Position numbers and translations under genes: made by a program | Assembly: GCA_964487465.1 (NCBI GenBank) | Contig: CAZAQI010000001.1 | Location: forward strand, 1,768-65,767 | Direction: 5' to 3' | Length of the DNA: 64,000 nt | Source of the DNA: an uncultured Candidatus Bathyarchaeia archaeon | GTDB lineage: Archaea > Thermoproteota > Bathyarchaeia > TCS64 | The notes under the pieces: model-generated | The model's database searches: none | Told to the model about the DNA's origin: nothing | Seen by the model: the letters and a program-made list of their open reading frames with translations, nothing else | Shown: in pieces, positions 18,836 to 27,571 of the stretch | Layout of the letters: every line of letters starts with the position of its first letter | How positions within the stretch are numbered: the first letter of the stretch is position 1

Positions 18836-19930
18836 TTATTCCTGCTCGGTTTTATTTAGGGATTCAGCTTCTTTTGCTTTTCGTTCCTCTCTCTTCTGGA
18901 TGCCCCAAGCTTTTCTCCGGTAATAACTCAGGGGGTGGACTATTTTTTTGCATAAGCTATCAGGGTTTCTGCAGACACCATGGGTTCTAAGCGTGTTACA
19001 GGTCGGTGGCGTATACTTGGTTCTATTTCCCTTTAATCCCGCGATATGTTCTATCTGGTACCGGGTTAGTGATTCATCGAAGTCTGTTACTTCTGTGTAG
19101 AAGCTCACCATCTGCTCTATGGGCATACCTATGTTCACTAAGAAACTGGTTAGGGCGAAACGCTCCATGTGGCTAGCGCGTCTACCTGCAAGCAAGCCCT
19201 CCAAGCAGTAGTTGATGCATGGGGGGAACGCCTCGTTTATCACTTCGCTGGGTAGGTTGCTACCTCCTAGCTTGGCTCTGTTTTCCTCAAATACTTTGCG
19301 TATATCATCAAGGCGGGCTTGTATTGTGGGGGGTAATTTGAAGTTGCTGGGTGTGGCGACTCTCTCGTTTACCCACTGTTCTACTTCTACTTGCATTAAT
19401 CGGGCTGCCTCGACGCCGGTTATGGATACATAGCCGTCCTCCATCTTGCGGTTCACCAGTTTCCATTTGGGCTCATGGAAGCCAGCTGCCACTCTGAGAT
19501 AGTCATCAAATGCTATCTTGAGGTTGTGCACTACTCCATCGATTATCTCAGGGTCTTTTCTTATATTCCAGTTGAATTCATCTAGGGCAATCTGTAGTAT
19601 CTTGTCCTCGTATTCTTCTTGTAGAAGGTTGTATGCTCTTACGGCTTCACCTAGACTGTATCTTCTGTTGAGGAATTTTTCCCCTATTAGGGTGACGAAC
19701 ATGACGGCTATGGGGTAGCTTAGTAGTTCGGTCTGAGGGTCTGCCAGCTTGGCTGATACCTCGCCTTTGAGGATGGCTTCGATTACTCGTTCCTTGGCTC
19801 GGTCAACTACTTTTGTATAGTTGGGTCCAGCAAGTTCATCCAGTTGGAGGTCCAGTCCTTCAAGCAGGTCTAATCCTATGGATAGGAACGGGTACTTGGC
19901 TGCCTCTCTTTCAGCTAGCATCAGAACCAC
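18836..19930 (-). CDS. priL: DNA primase large (regulatory) subunit PriL
   Basis: C-terminal Fe-S domain with four cysteines (CINYC...CNTLRTHGVCRNPDSLC). It lies immediately upstream of priS on the same strand. Confidence 0.9.
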   Translation of the reverse strand: MVLMLAEREAAKYPFLSIGLDLLEGLDLQLDELAGPNYTKVVDRAKERVIEAILKGEVSAKLADPQTELLSYPIAVMFVTLIGEKFLNRRYSLGEAVRAYNLLQEEYEDKILQIALDEFNWNIRKDPEIIDGVVHNLKIAFDDYLRVAAGFHEPKWKLVNRKMEDGYVSITGVEAARLMQVEVEQWVNERVATPSNFKLPPTIQARLDDIRKVFEENRAKLGGSNLPSEVINEAFPPCINYCLEGLLAGRRASHMERFALTSFLVNIGMPIEQMVSFYTEVTDFDESLTRYQIEHIAGLKGNRTKYTPPTCNTLRTHGVCRNPDSLCKKIVHPLSYYRRKAWGIQKREERKAKEAESLNKTEQE

Positions 19931-20105
19931 CTAGTTATCGAAGATTATAGTCTTATCGTTTACCCAAGACAAGTCAAGTATGTTTAAAAGATTATTACAA
20001 TTGCATAAATCGTAGTCAAAGATATGATCTCGTTGAATATAGAAAATGATTAGTTAAGCGATATTATAGAGACATGTGCTTCACCATGAAATAATATTGT
20101 TTTAA

Positions 20106-20281
20106 ATAATTAAAAGTCAAAATAAGAGTTATGAATGCGGAGTATGTGGTTACATATATGACCCAGATGTAGGTGATCCTGACGCAGGGATTGAGCCCGG
20201 TACATCCTTCGATGATCTGCCTGATGACTGGGAGTGCCTATATGTGGAGCACCTAAAGAGGAGTTCAATCCCATCGATTAA
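20106..20281 (+). pseudogene. rubredoxin, disrupted (frameshift in a C-run; no in-frame ATG). Possibly a sequencing artefact.
   Basis: Frame 0 reads [38 protein letters not shown]. After position 20238 the sequence [15 protein letters not shown]-stop continues in the +2 frame. Inserting one C in tgcc|tat restores a canonical 52-54 aa rubredoxin. The only upstream ATG (20131) is out of frame. Confidence 0.6.
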
Positions 20282-20943
20282 GGCTCATATTGATAATTTA
20301 TCCACCAGAAGCATTTACCCATATACACGTTTTTCTCATCAATCCCTTTACTGCAGGCACTGAAATATTCGACTAGCTCCTCTATGGTAAAGTAGTTCTT
20401 TACTATGAGATGCTGTGTGCCATCGTTAAGAGTCCGCAGCTTGTACGTGTTGGGGTCATCTGGCTTTGTCTCAAGTCTCCCACCGATACCCTCAATGTAC
20501 GTGTTATCGGCTATGAAGACCATTGCACCGGGCTCAAGAAATCTATGAACATGCTCAAGCCAACTAGAGATATCTTCTCTAGGTACATGGCTCAGCATGA
20601 AGGTAGCCAAGGTGCCAGTGAATTTTTCACTAAAATTCATATCGTAAGCATCCATAACCTTATACTCGGTAGGGCAACCATACTTCTTTCTCCGCGCAAT
20701 CTCCAGAACAGTCTCATTGATGTCGATTCCCACTATATTCTCAGCGGTATCACTGATACGCTGAGTCCAGTAACCCGTGCCACAACCGATGTCCAGTACC
20801 CTGCGATCCTTGAATACCTCCTTCAGAGTCTTCTCCATCAGATCCTGTTCTTCTTGTCTATGGGGGTCTCTCCACTCGTAGATCTCCTCGTATTCCTTAG
20901 CTCGGTCTCTGTAGTACTTCAGCATATCATCGGACATGGACAA
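20278..20943 (-). CDS. class I SAM-dependent methyltransferase
   Basis: Motif [16 protein letters not shown]. Confidence 0.8.
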   Translation of the reverse strand: MSMSDDMLKYYRDRAKEYEEIYEWRDPHRQEEQDLMEKTLKEVFKDRRVLDIGCGTGYWTQRISDTAENIVGIDINETVLEIARRKKYGCPTEYKVMDAYDMNFSEKFTGTLATFMLSHVPREDISSWLEHVHRFLEPGAMVFIADNTYIEGIGGRLETKPDDPNTYKLRTLNDGTQHLIVKNYFTIEELVEYFSACSKGIDEKNVYMGKCFWWINYQYEP

Positions 20944-20963
20944 TACAATATAGTCTAGAATAG

Positions 20964-21332
20964 TTAAATGGAGCGAAACTTTTCGGCGATGATGCGGTCA
21001 CCTGGAAGCATGTCGTAGTCCAGTATCTGGTCCCTGCTAACCCATTGGATCTGTTCATGTTCGGTTAACCTAATCTCCCCTGAGAGATAACGTAAAACGT
21101 AGTAGAGTATCTTGAAAGGTGGCTCGGTGTATGAGCTAAAATAGTTCTCCACCTCCACCTCGATCCCCAGTTCTTCCATCAGCTCCCTCTTTACACCTTC
21201 CTCACCGCATTCACCCGGGTTCAGAGTGCCCCCGGGGAACTCCCATTTAAAGCCGTGGCTATCGTTTCTATGCCGTTGGGCTACGAGGATCTTGTTCCCC
21301 TTCTTAACAATCCCACCGGCTACTGTGATCAT
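20964..21332 (-). CDS. NUDIX hydrolase (MutT-like)
   Basis: Nudix box GGTLNPGECGEEGVKRELMEELGIEVEV. Confidence 0.8.
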   Translation of the reverse strand: MITVAGGIVKKGNKILVAQRHRNDSHGFKWEFPGGTLNPGECGEEGVKRELMEELGIEVEVENYFSSYTEPPFKILYYVLRYLSGEIRLTEHEQIQWVSRDQILDYDMLPGDRIIAEKFRSI

Positions 21333-21573
21333 ATTAATGCTAGAAGTAATAGGGGTTTAAGAAGTTACTTGATAGCGACTTCTTTTAGCTCATGTCTTCG
21401 TCACTGATACTCCGATGGGTCGATCTCCTCAAAGCAGGACTTAATCCATCCTGAGTGTGCTGGGTTTTGCTATCTGAGTCTTTACAATTCTGTGATCTTT
21501 ATGAGCAAAAAACCTGTTATCATATCTGCTAGCCCAGTTAAAGATATCACGTAATATTAAGCAGTAATTAATT

Positions 21574-21924
21574 TTAGTACAGGTAAGGGATCAATCGCCA
21601 TGGGACCTTCTTCATATATATGCGGTACTCTTTCCCGTATTTCTCGATGAGTTGCTCCTCTTCCTTGGGTATGAACACCACCATACCGGCCATGGTGAAG
21701 ACCAGAAGCAGCCTAGTCTCATAACCGGGTAACGCAAAATTGAGCCCCACCACGAACAGGATAAAGCCAGTGTAGAAAGGGTGCCTTACCATGGAGTAAG
21801 GGCCACCAGTCAACAACTCGCCTTGGAAGTTACGTTTCCAGTAAAGATACCAGTATAGGCAGATTACACCACCCAGTGAGGTGAGCAAGCCACCAACTAT
21901 AACTCCAAGGCTGAGGTTGAGCAC
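21574..21924 (-). CDS. ICMT/PEMT-like membrane methyltransferase (second copy)
   Basis: GGPYSMVRHPFYTGFILFVVG...EEEQLIEKYGKEYRIYMKKVP. It starts 1 nt after the stop of the M24 peptidase gene on the same strand. Confidence 0.6.
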   Translation of the reverse strand: MLNLSLGVIVGGLLTSLGGVICLYWYLYWKRNFQGELLTGGPYSMVRHPFYTGFILFVVGLNFALPGYETRLLLVFTMAGMVVFIPKEEEQLIEKYGKEYRIYMKKVPWRLIPYLY

Positions 21925-21925
21925 A

Positions 21926-23044
21926 CTATTTCACCGGGTAAACTCTAAGGTCTCTTGGGAAGTGGGTTAACTCCTTTCCGCCGGTCTCAGTACATACGAC
22001 AGTGTCCTCAACCCTTACACCTATCTCATCTACAATGTATATCCCGGGTTCGTCTGTGAAAACCATGTTGGGCTCCAGTCTCTGCTTGTTATTCCGCACC
22101 ATGTAGGGGTGTTCATGAATCTCCATACCAAGACCATGACCCAGACGGTGGATGAAATATTCGCCATACCCAGCTTTTTCTATTACTTTTCTAGCCGCGA
22201 TATCTATGGATTCACAGGTTATACCGGGCTTGACTGCCTCTAGGGCAGCCCTGTTTGCAGCCAGAACGGTATGATATATCTCTCGTTGTTTTTCCGTGGG
22301 CGCCTCACCATAAAAGACGGTCCTAGTGCAGTCGCTCCAGTAACCATTGTATAAGCCACCCATATCCACCAGTACAAATTCACCTGGCTGAAGCTCTCTA
22401 TCACCAGCAGACCCATGAGGTAGGGCGGCTCTCTCGCCGAATAAGACACCGGCAAATGCTCTTGTGGCGCCTCTCTTCTGCATACCATTAACCATCAGTG
22501 ACTGTAACTCTTTCTCGGTCATACCTGTGTGCAGCTGGGCGAAGGCCTCCTCCATTGCCTCGTCGCTGATGCTACACGCTTTCTCGATATACTCTATCTC
22601 CTTATCGGTTTTCACCATACGCACGTAACCTAACTGGTCTCCCACATCGATGAACTCAGCACCAGGTAAACACCCTCTAAGACTGTTCACCCAGCCCCAT
22701 GGAGCCTCAACCGGTATACCTATCTTGGCTGCACCGTAGCCGGCGTTTTTTATGGTCTCTGCTAAAAGATCTACAGAGTCCTCGTGTTCATCCCATGTTT
22801 CCACCTTGTTGAACCAGGGCTCCTGACCCCGGAGTTCCTCCTCCAACTTGTTAACCAAGAAATAGGGTACACCATCCACAGGTATGACGGCGGCTGCGAG
22901 TCTTTCACTCAACCCGATGGAAAACCCCGTGTAGTAAGCTATGTTAGCTCCCGGGAATAGTAGCAATAAGTCTACGCCATCTTTCTCTAGTAAGTCAAGT
23001 ACTTGTTGACCTCTTTTCTTCTGGAATGTACTCAAGTTAATCAA
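21926..23044 (-). CDS. M24 family Xaa-Pro aminopeptidase/dipeptidase
   Basis: Pita-bread fold metal ligands (DMGGLYNGYWSDCTRT, HRLGHGLGMEIHEHP, VFTDEPGIY). Confidence 0.8.
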   Translation of the reverse strand: MINLSTFQKKRGQQVLDLLEKDGVDLLLLFPGANIAYYTGFSIGLSERLAAAVIPVDGVPYFLVNKLEEELRGQEPWFNKVETWDEHEDSVDLLAETIKNAGYGAAKIGIPVEAPWGWVNSLRGCLPGAEFIDVGDQLGYVRMVKTDKEIEYIEKACSISDEAMEEAFAQLHTGMTEKELQSLMVNGMQKRGATRAFAGVLFGERAALPHGSAGDRELQPGEFVLVDMGGLYNGYWSDCTRTVFYGEAPTEKQREIYHTVLAANRAALEAVKPGITCESIDIAARKVIEKAGYGEYFIHRLGHGLGMEIHEHPYMVRNNKQRLEPNMVFTDEPGIYIVDEIGVRVEDTVVCTETGGKELTHFPRDLRVYPVK

Positions 23045-23155
23045 AGAAGAAGACAGTAGTTATGGGTTTTAACGTCTCCGGCAGTCCATTGTTTCACCCA
23101 TCACTACTGTGCAAACATCTGGATGATTTAAAAACCTGTGAACCCAACCCAAAAC

Positions 23156-23305
23156 ATGGGTGAATTATTCAAAGTCAAGAAACAAGTTGGACCATGCGGC
23201 ATAACCTGTGGCACCTGTTTCCTAGGAGACGGAACCATGGCCAAGACCATGGCGGAGGCAAACAAATACATCAACATGTCAGGCATCAAGGAGTGGGCGG
23301 TATGA
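23156..23305 (+). CDS. DUF3795-like Cys-rich protein, N-terminal segment (PCGITCGTC motif)
   Basis: 49 aa: MGELFKVKKQVGPCGITCGTCFLGDG... It ends in an ATGA overlap with the next ORF. Inserting one G in the ggg run at 23295-23297 fuses it in frame with the next ORF. Confidence 0.4.
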   Translation: MGELFKVKKQVGPCGITCGTCFLGDGTMAKTMAEANKYINMSGIKEWAV

Positions 23306-23592
23306 TACCAAGGGACACAGAGATCAACGGGCCTGAGACAGAGAAAGCACTCAAGTGGATGAACAAGTACGCCTACTGCGCGGGCTACGAGGAGGGAGGA
23401 GGACCACCAGACTGCACCATCAGGGTATGTACACGCGAGAAAGACTACGATTTATGCAGTAAATGCACTGAACTGGACACCTGTGATAAACTCAACTGGC
23501 TTGGAGAACCAGAGACAATAAAAGAGAATCTACGTCGGAAAAAGGGTAAGACCAAGCGGGAGATAGCTGATGAGGCCCTGAGATCTAGTTAA
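23302..23592 (+). CDS. DUF3795-like Cys-rich protein, C-terminal segment (C-x-G-x6-C...C-x2-C-x4-C)
   Basis: MIPRD...YCAGYEEGGGPPDCTIRVCTREKDYDLCSKCTELDTCDKL. Together with the preceding ORF this resembles a single DUF3795 domain. The longer ORF-track start (23194, MRHNLWH...) overlaps the upstream ORF in another frame and is low-complexity. Confidence 0.45.
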   Translation: MIPRDTEINGPETEKALKWMNKYAYCAGYEEGGGPPDCTIRVCTREKDYDLCSKCTELDTCDKLNWLGEPETIKENLRRKKGKTKREIADEALRSS

Positions 23593-23633
23593 TTTCCTGA
23601 AAACTGGTTTATACCATTTCAACACTATTTTGT

Positions 23634-24548
23634 TTGATGAGCAGAAAACGGCCTAGCTACGATAAGGTCGTGGCAGCTGCCCTTGAGGTGTTTGAACAAT
23701 ATGATACAGCGATTACGCTGCGTCAGCTATATTATCGATTGGTGGCTAGGCTGCTCATAGAGAACACCATAAACAGCTACAAGCGATTAAGCAGGATAAT
23801 GGTGAAAGCAAGGGAGCAGGGTGACGTGCCCCTTAACTGTATCGAGGATCGTAGCCGACGTGTGCTGGGTCGTGGAGATACGGGTTATGAGTCAGCTGAG
23901 GAATATCTGAAGAGGAGGTTAAGTAGCCTTCAGGATAGTTGGAAAGGGTTCTCCATGCCCATGTGGGAGGACCAGCCAGTATATCTCCTGATTAGCCTAG
24001 AAAAAGATGCCTTGAGCAGACTCGTAAGCAGGGTTGGTAACCGGTACTCTGTTAGGACGTTCCCGACACGAGGTTATCCGAGTTTTAGCTATGTACAGAC
24101 CATGGCCAAGTATATGGAGACCAGACTCGGTGGAAAACCAACAGTGGTTCTCTATTTCGGTGACTTTGACCCCAGTGGCGTGGATATTGAAAGAGATTTG
24201 GAGGAAAGACTCACCCGTTATGGTGCAACCCAGTTCAAGGTAAAGAGAATCGCCCTAACACTAGATCAGATAAGAGAATACAATCTGCCACCCATGCCGG
24301 TTAAGCGAAGTGATGCCCGTTCTGAGAGCTTTCTAGCCGAATATGGTAACAAATCAGTGGAACTGGATGCCTTAGACCCTAATCTTTTCCAGGAGATTGT
24401 GGAGGAGGCCATAAGGAACAACATTGATGTACCGAAGTGGAATGCAAGGGTCCAGAAGATCAGGGAACTCCAGCAATGGATAAAAGGTAAGCTGGATGAC
24501 ATAGAGAAAATAATTGACGAGGAAATAGATAGCCTAGAGGATGCTTAG
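23634..24548 (+). CDS. Spo11/Top6A-like protein (5Y-CAP winged helix plus Toprim), stand-alone and short (304 aa)
   Basis: N-terminal AITLRQLYYRLV matches the R-x-[IL]-Y-Y catalytic-tyrosine motif of type IIB topoisomerase A subunits. Toprim acidic motifs: LLISLEKDALSRL (Glu), GYPSFS and VVLYFGDFDPSGVDIERDL (DxDPxG). C-terminal VELDALDP. No Top6B gene is adjacent. Confidence 0.6.
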   Translation: MMSRKRPSYDKVVAAALEVFEQYDTAITLRQLYYRLVARLLIENTINSYKRLSRIMVKAREQGDVPLNCIEDRSRRVLGRGDTGYESAEEYLKRRLSSLQDSWKGFSMPMWEDQPVYLLISLEKDALSRLVSRVGNRYSVRTFPTRGYPSFSYVQTMAKYMETRLGGKPTVVLYFGDFDPSGVDIERDLEERLTRYGATQFKVKRIALTLDQIREYNLPPMPVKRSDARSESFLAEYGNKSVELDALDPNLFQEIVEEAIRNNIDVPKWNARVQKIRELQQWIKGKLDDIEKIIDEEIDSLEDA

Positions 24549-25412
24549 CTTCTCTATTTCTCTCACGAAAGCTGCTGATTCATCCTCGGTCATAGCTCTC
24601 AGGGGTGCCTTTGGAATCCCGCAGTCAACGCCTCTGAGACGTAATGCTTCATAGTGGGGGGCCAAGGGTGGCTTCTGGAGCTTGCTTCTCAGCACGTTTA
24701 TCTCGAATTGTTTCCGTTTGGCTGCCTCTTGGTCATCTGACTTGATAGTTTTCAAAAAGTCTGCGTATATGTCTGGGAACCCGTTGGCGTATCCTGTTAT
24801 GGCTCCCTTGGCGCCCATAACCATCGCCGGGTAAATATAACTATCTGTACCGCAGATTACGCTAAAAGTATCTGGGAGTAACCTGATATAGTTTAAGACA
24901 TTAATAAAATCCCTGCTGCTATCTTTCACCCCCTGGATATTAGTTACTTTAGATAACTCCAGCATCATCTCTAGAGTCACAGCGTTGAGGGCTTGTCGTG
25001 GTATATTGTATATGTAGACGGGTAACTTCGTTGCGTCTGCAATCGATTTGAAGTGATTAAGGATGCTCTCCTCGTCAGGCTTCATGAAGTAAGGTGGAAC
25101 AGCTCCAACCGCGTCCACACCGGCTTTCTCGGCTTCCACTGCGAGACGTACGGCTTCCCCTGTGCTGGGTGCTCCAACGTGGGCTAGTAGTTTCACCCGG
25201 CCACGGGCTGCCTTGACTGATAGTTGATACATCTCTATTCTCTGATCTGTACGCATCACTGTGCCCAGTCCAGCTGTACCGCAAAGAAATAATCCATCCA
25301 CGCCTCCCTTCACCTGAAAATCTATGAGAGGCTTTACTGCTTCTTTCTTCAACTCGCCTCCCACTGTGAAAGGCGTTATGAGGGCTGTGATAATACCTGA
25401 TAATGGCTCCAT
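24534..25412 (-). CDS. DapA/DHDPS family class I aldolase, probably 2-keto-3-deoxy(phospho)gluconate aldolase
   Basis: GIITALITPF, GVDGLFLCGTAGLG, and a Schiff-base lysine region (YNIPRQ...). It is divergently paired with a KDG-kinase-like gene. Confidence 0.7.
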   Translation of the reverse strand: MEPLSGIITALITPFTVGGELKKEAVKPLIDFQVKGGVDGLFLCGTAGLGTVMRTDQRIEMYQLSVKAARGRVKLLAHVGAPSTGEAVRLAVEAEKAGVDAVGAVPPYFMKPDEESILNHFKSIADATKLPVYIYNIPRQALNAVTLEMMLELSKVTNIQGVKDSSRDFINVLNYIRLLPDTFSVICGTDSYIYPAMVMGAKGAITGYANGFPDIYADFLKTIKSDDQEAAKRKQFEINVLRSKLQKPPLAPHYEALRLRGVDCGIPKAPLRAMTEDESAAFVREIEKLSIL

Positions 25413-25490
25413 GGGTCATATAAGGTTGACTCGATTGTTATTATTTGTGCCAAATCTTATCCCGGTGAAAGCACAGTTTGGTTGAGTATT

Positions 25491-26438
25491 ATGAGCCCGG
25501 AAGTAATAAGTCTCGGAGAACCCATGGTGGAGTTCTGCGCCACAGAGGTTGGTAGATTAGGGGATGTATCCTTATTTAAGCGGGGATGGGGTGGAGACAC
25601 CAGTAATTTCGCCGTAGCAGCGGCTAGACAGGGCCTTGAAGTGGCGCATATTTGCAGGCTTGGGGGGGACGAGTTTGGACGAAGTTTCCTTGATTTATGG
25701 GAAAGCGAGGGGATGGATAATAGCAGAGTATTGGTGGACCCCGGTGGCTGGACAGCCATCTATATAATTAGCCTTATCGAGGGTGGAGACCATGATTTCA
25801 CTTATTATAGAGCTGGATCCGCTGCTAGCAGGTATAATGTGGATGATCTTGACCTTGATTACATTGGTGAAGCTAGTTACTTCCATACAAGTGGGATAAG
25901 CCTCGCTATTAGTCTAGAGGTAAGAGAAGCCGCCATCAAGGCACTCCAAACCGTGAAAGAGAACGGTGGATACAACAGCTTCGACATAAATATGAGAACT
26001 AAGCTATGGGACGTTGTGACAGCCCGAAGTAGCCTCGCTGAGGCTTTCAAGGTATGTGACGTGGTTTTCGCTAGCATGGAGGATATAAACACACTGTATG
26101 GTATCAAGAGCCCTGAGAAGGCTGCAGATCATCTCAGGGGATTAGGCGTTGACACCGTGGTTGTGAAACATGGAGATAAAGGATGCTTCGTGTCAAAGGA
26201 TGGACAAGAGTTCACCATGCCCGGATATAAGGTAGAAGTAGTGGATACCACTGGCTCGGGTGACGCCTTCGACGGAGCATGGATAAAAGGAATTGAGATG
26301 AACTGGGATCTGGAGAAGACAGCCAGCTTTAGCAATGCAGTAGGTGCCTTAACGGCAACTGGACTAGGAGCCGTCGCACCCATCCCTAGCTATGATGAGG
26401 CGGTTAACCTCATCAGGGAGCATGATGGAGTATGGTAG
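25491..26438 (+). CDS. kdgK: PfkB/ribokinase family sugar kinase, 2-keto-3-deoxygluconate kinase-like
   Basis: N-terminal GEPMVEF. Anion hole/ATP motif DTTGSGDAFDGAW. The ATG at 25491 is preferred over the TTG at 25482. Confidence 0.75.
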   Translation: MSPEVISLGEPMVEFCATEVGRLGDVSLFKRGWGGDTSNFAVAAARQGLEVAHICRLGGDEFGRSFLDLWESEGMDNSRVLVDPGGWTAIYIISLIEGGDHDFTYYRAGSAASRYNVDDLDLDYIGEASYFHTSGISLAISLEVREAAIKALQTVKENGGYNSFDINMRTKLWDVVTARSSLAEAFKVCDVVFASMEDINTLYGIKSPEKAADHLRGLGVDTVVVKHGDKGCFVSKDGQEFTMPGYKVEVVDTTGSGDAFDGAWIKGIEMNWDLEKTASFSNAVGALTATGLGAVAPIPSYDEAVNLIREHDGVW

Positions 26439-26893
26439 AGCAGGATATATTGAGGGCACGTATCAGCCGGGTTATCACTGCTACCCGTTTCCCCTTTGTG
26501 GGTCAAGAGGACTGGGATGAAACCCGAATCACCATAGCCAACGATCCCCAAGACCCTGAGTGGTTTTTTGAGACAGAGGAAGGACCACTTGCTCCCAGCG
26601 TAGTGGTGCTAAACAGGGATGGAACAGTCCGTGAATGCGGAGAAGTTGAGCTTGATGAGAACTACACAGAGGATCACGTGGAGAAATGGCGTACCATGAG
26701 CCAGTTAACGGGTCCCGGGGTAAAGTACAAGAAATTCTTCCTCTATGTCCCTGAGGGGAGCGAGGATAAGGCGTTGATATTATTGGAGGAAAATGGGATA
26801 GAGTACGCGGGTCTCAGATCATGGAGGCTGGATAACTGGAACCTAGTACTCACGCCGGTAAAGACTCCTGATATGGCCAAGGATCATCGTTGA
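26432..26893 (+). CDS. hypothetical protein (153 aa), translationally coupled to kdgK (7-nt overlap)
   Basis: Clean ORF. Acidic. No family recognised. Confidence 0.45.
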   Translation: MVEQDILRARISRVITATRFPFVGQEDWDETRITIANDPQDPEWFFETEEGPLAPSVVVLNRDGTVRECGEVELDENYTEDHVEKWRTMSQLTGPGVKYKKFFLYVPEGSEDKALILLEENGIEYAGLRSWRLDNWNLVLTPVKTPDMAKDHR

Positions 26894-26968
26894 ATGTAGT
26901 AAACCCAACATACATTTTCTTTTAACACGATTCAACCGAAAAACATGCGTATTCGGGTGAGAGAATAA

Positions 26969-27571
26969 ATGAATAGACGGGGATTAACGGGCTTGGAGAC
27001 AGCCATTATATTGGTGGCTTTTGTGATTACTTCTTCAGCTTTCGCTTTCGTGATTCTAAACATGGGGGCGTTATCGGCGGAGCAAGCCCAGTCGGTTATA
27101 AGCAGCAGTATGGATGAGTCTAGTGCAGCATTACTGATGGACTCCGAGATTATCGGGACATTCGCTAACACAACAAGTGCCCAGAGCACAATATGTCTCA
27201 CTAAGGCTACTTTCTATCTCAGACTCAGTCAGGGAGGTACCCCCATTGATATGGATGATAACAGGGTGGTTATCACGTATGCTAACCCCAGGTGTCATGG
27301 ATCCATCTATGACTCTAACGGTACTGTGACCACCATTACACCGGTTGCCGGTGATGGAGACTCTATGCTTGAGGCAGGTGAAAAATTCAAGGTGGTAATC
27401 GACTTCACTGAGCTAGCTGGAACCAGCGTGGATCCAGTACAGGGGGATAGGAATAACATCTATACGCATCCATATGAGGAGCTCAGGATTGAGATACAGC
27501 CCAGTGGTGGAGCTAAACTAGCTATAGAGAGAAGCATCCCCATGGTGACTAATACTGTGATGGGTTTCTAA
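26969..27571 (+). CDS. archaeal type IV pilin / archaellin-like protein with class III signal peptide
   Basis: N-terminus MNRRGLTGLETAIILVAFVITSSAFAFVIL is a typical prepilin-peptidase (PibD/FlaK) substrate: basic residues, RGLTG, then a hydrophobic helix. There is no fla operon nearby, so a pilin is more likely than an archaellin. Confidence 0.6.
   Translation: MNRRGLTGLETAIILVAFVITSSAFAFVILNMGALSAEQAQSVISSSMDESSAALLMDSEIIGTFANTTSAQSTICLTKATFYLRLSQGGTPIDMDDNRVVITYANPRCHGSIYDSNGTVTTITPVAGDGDSMLEAGEKFKVVIDFTELAGTSVDPVQGDRNNIYTHPYEELRIEIQPSGGAKLAIERSIPMVTNTVMGF

Noticed and set aside
23194-23301. Longer N-terminal extension (MRHNLWHLFPRRRNHGQDHGGGKQ...) of the DUF3795 C-terminal segment
   Set aside because: It is a low-complexity His/Arg/Gly-rich translation that overlaps ORF A in another frame. 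ORF A has the authentic Cys motif.
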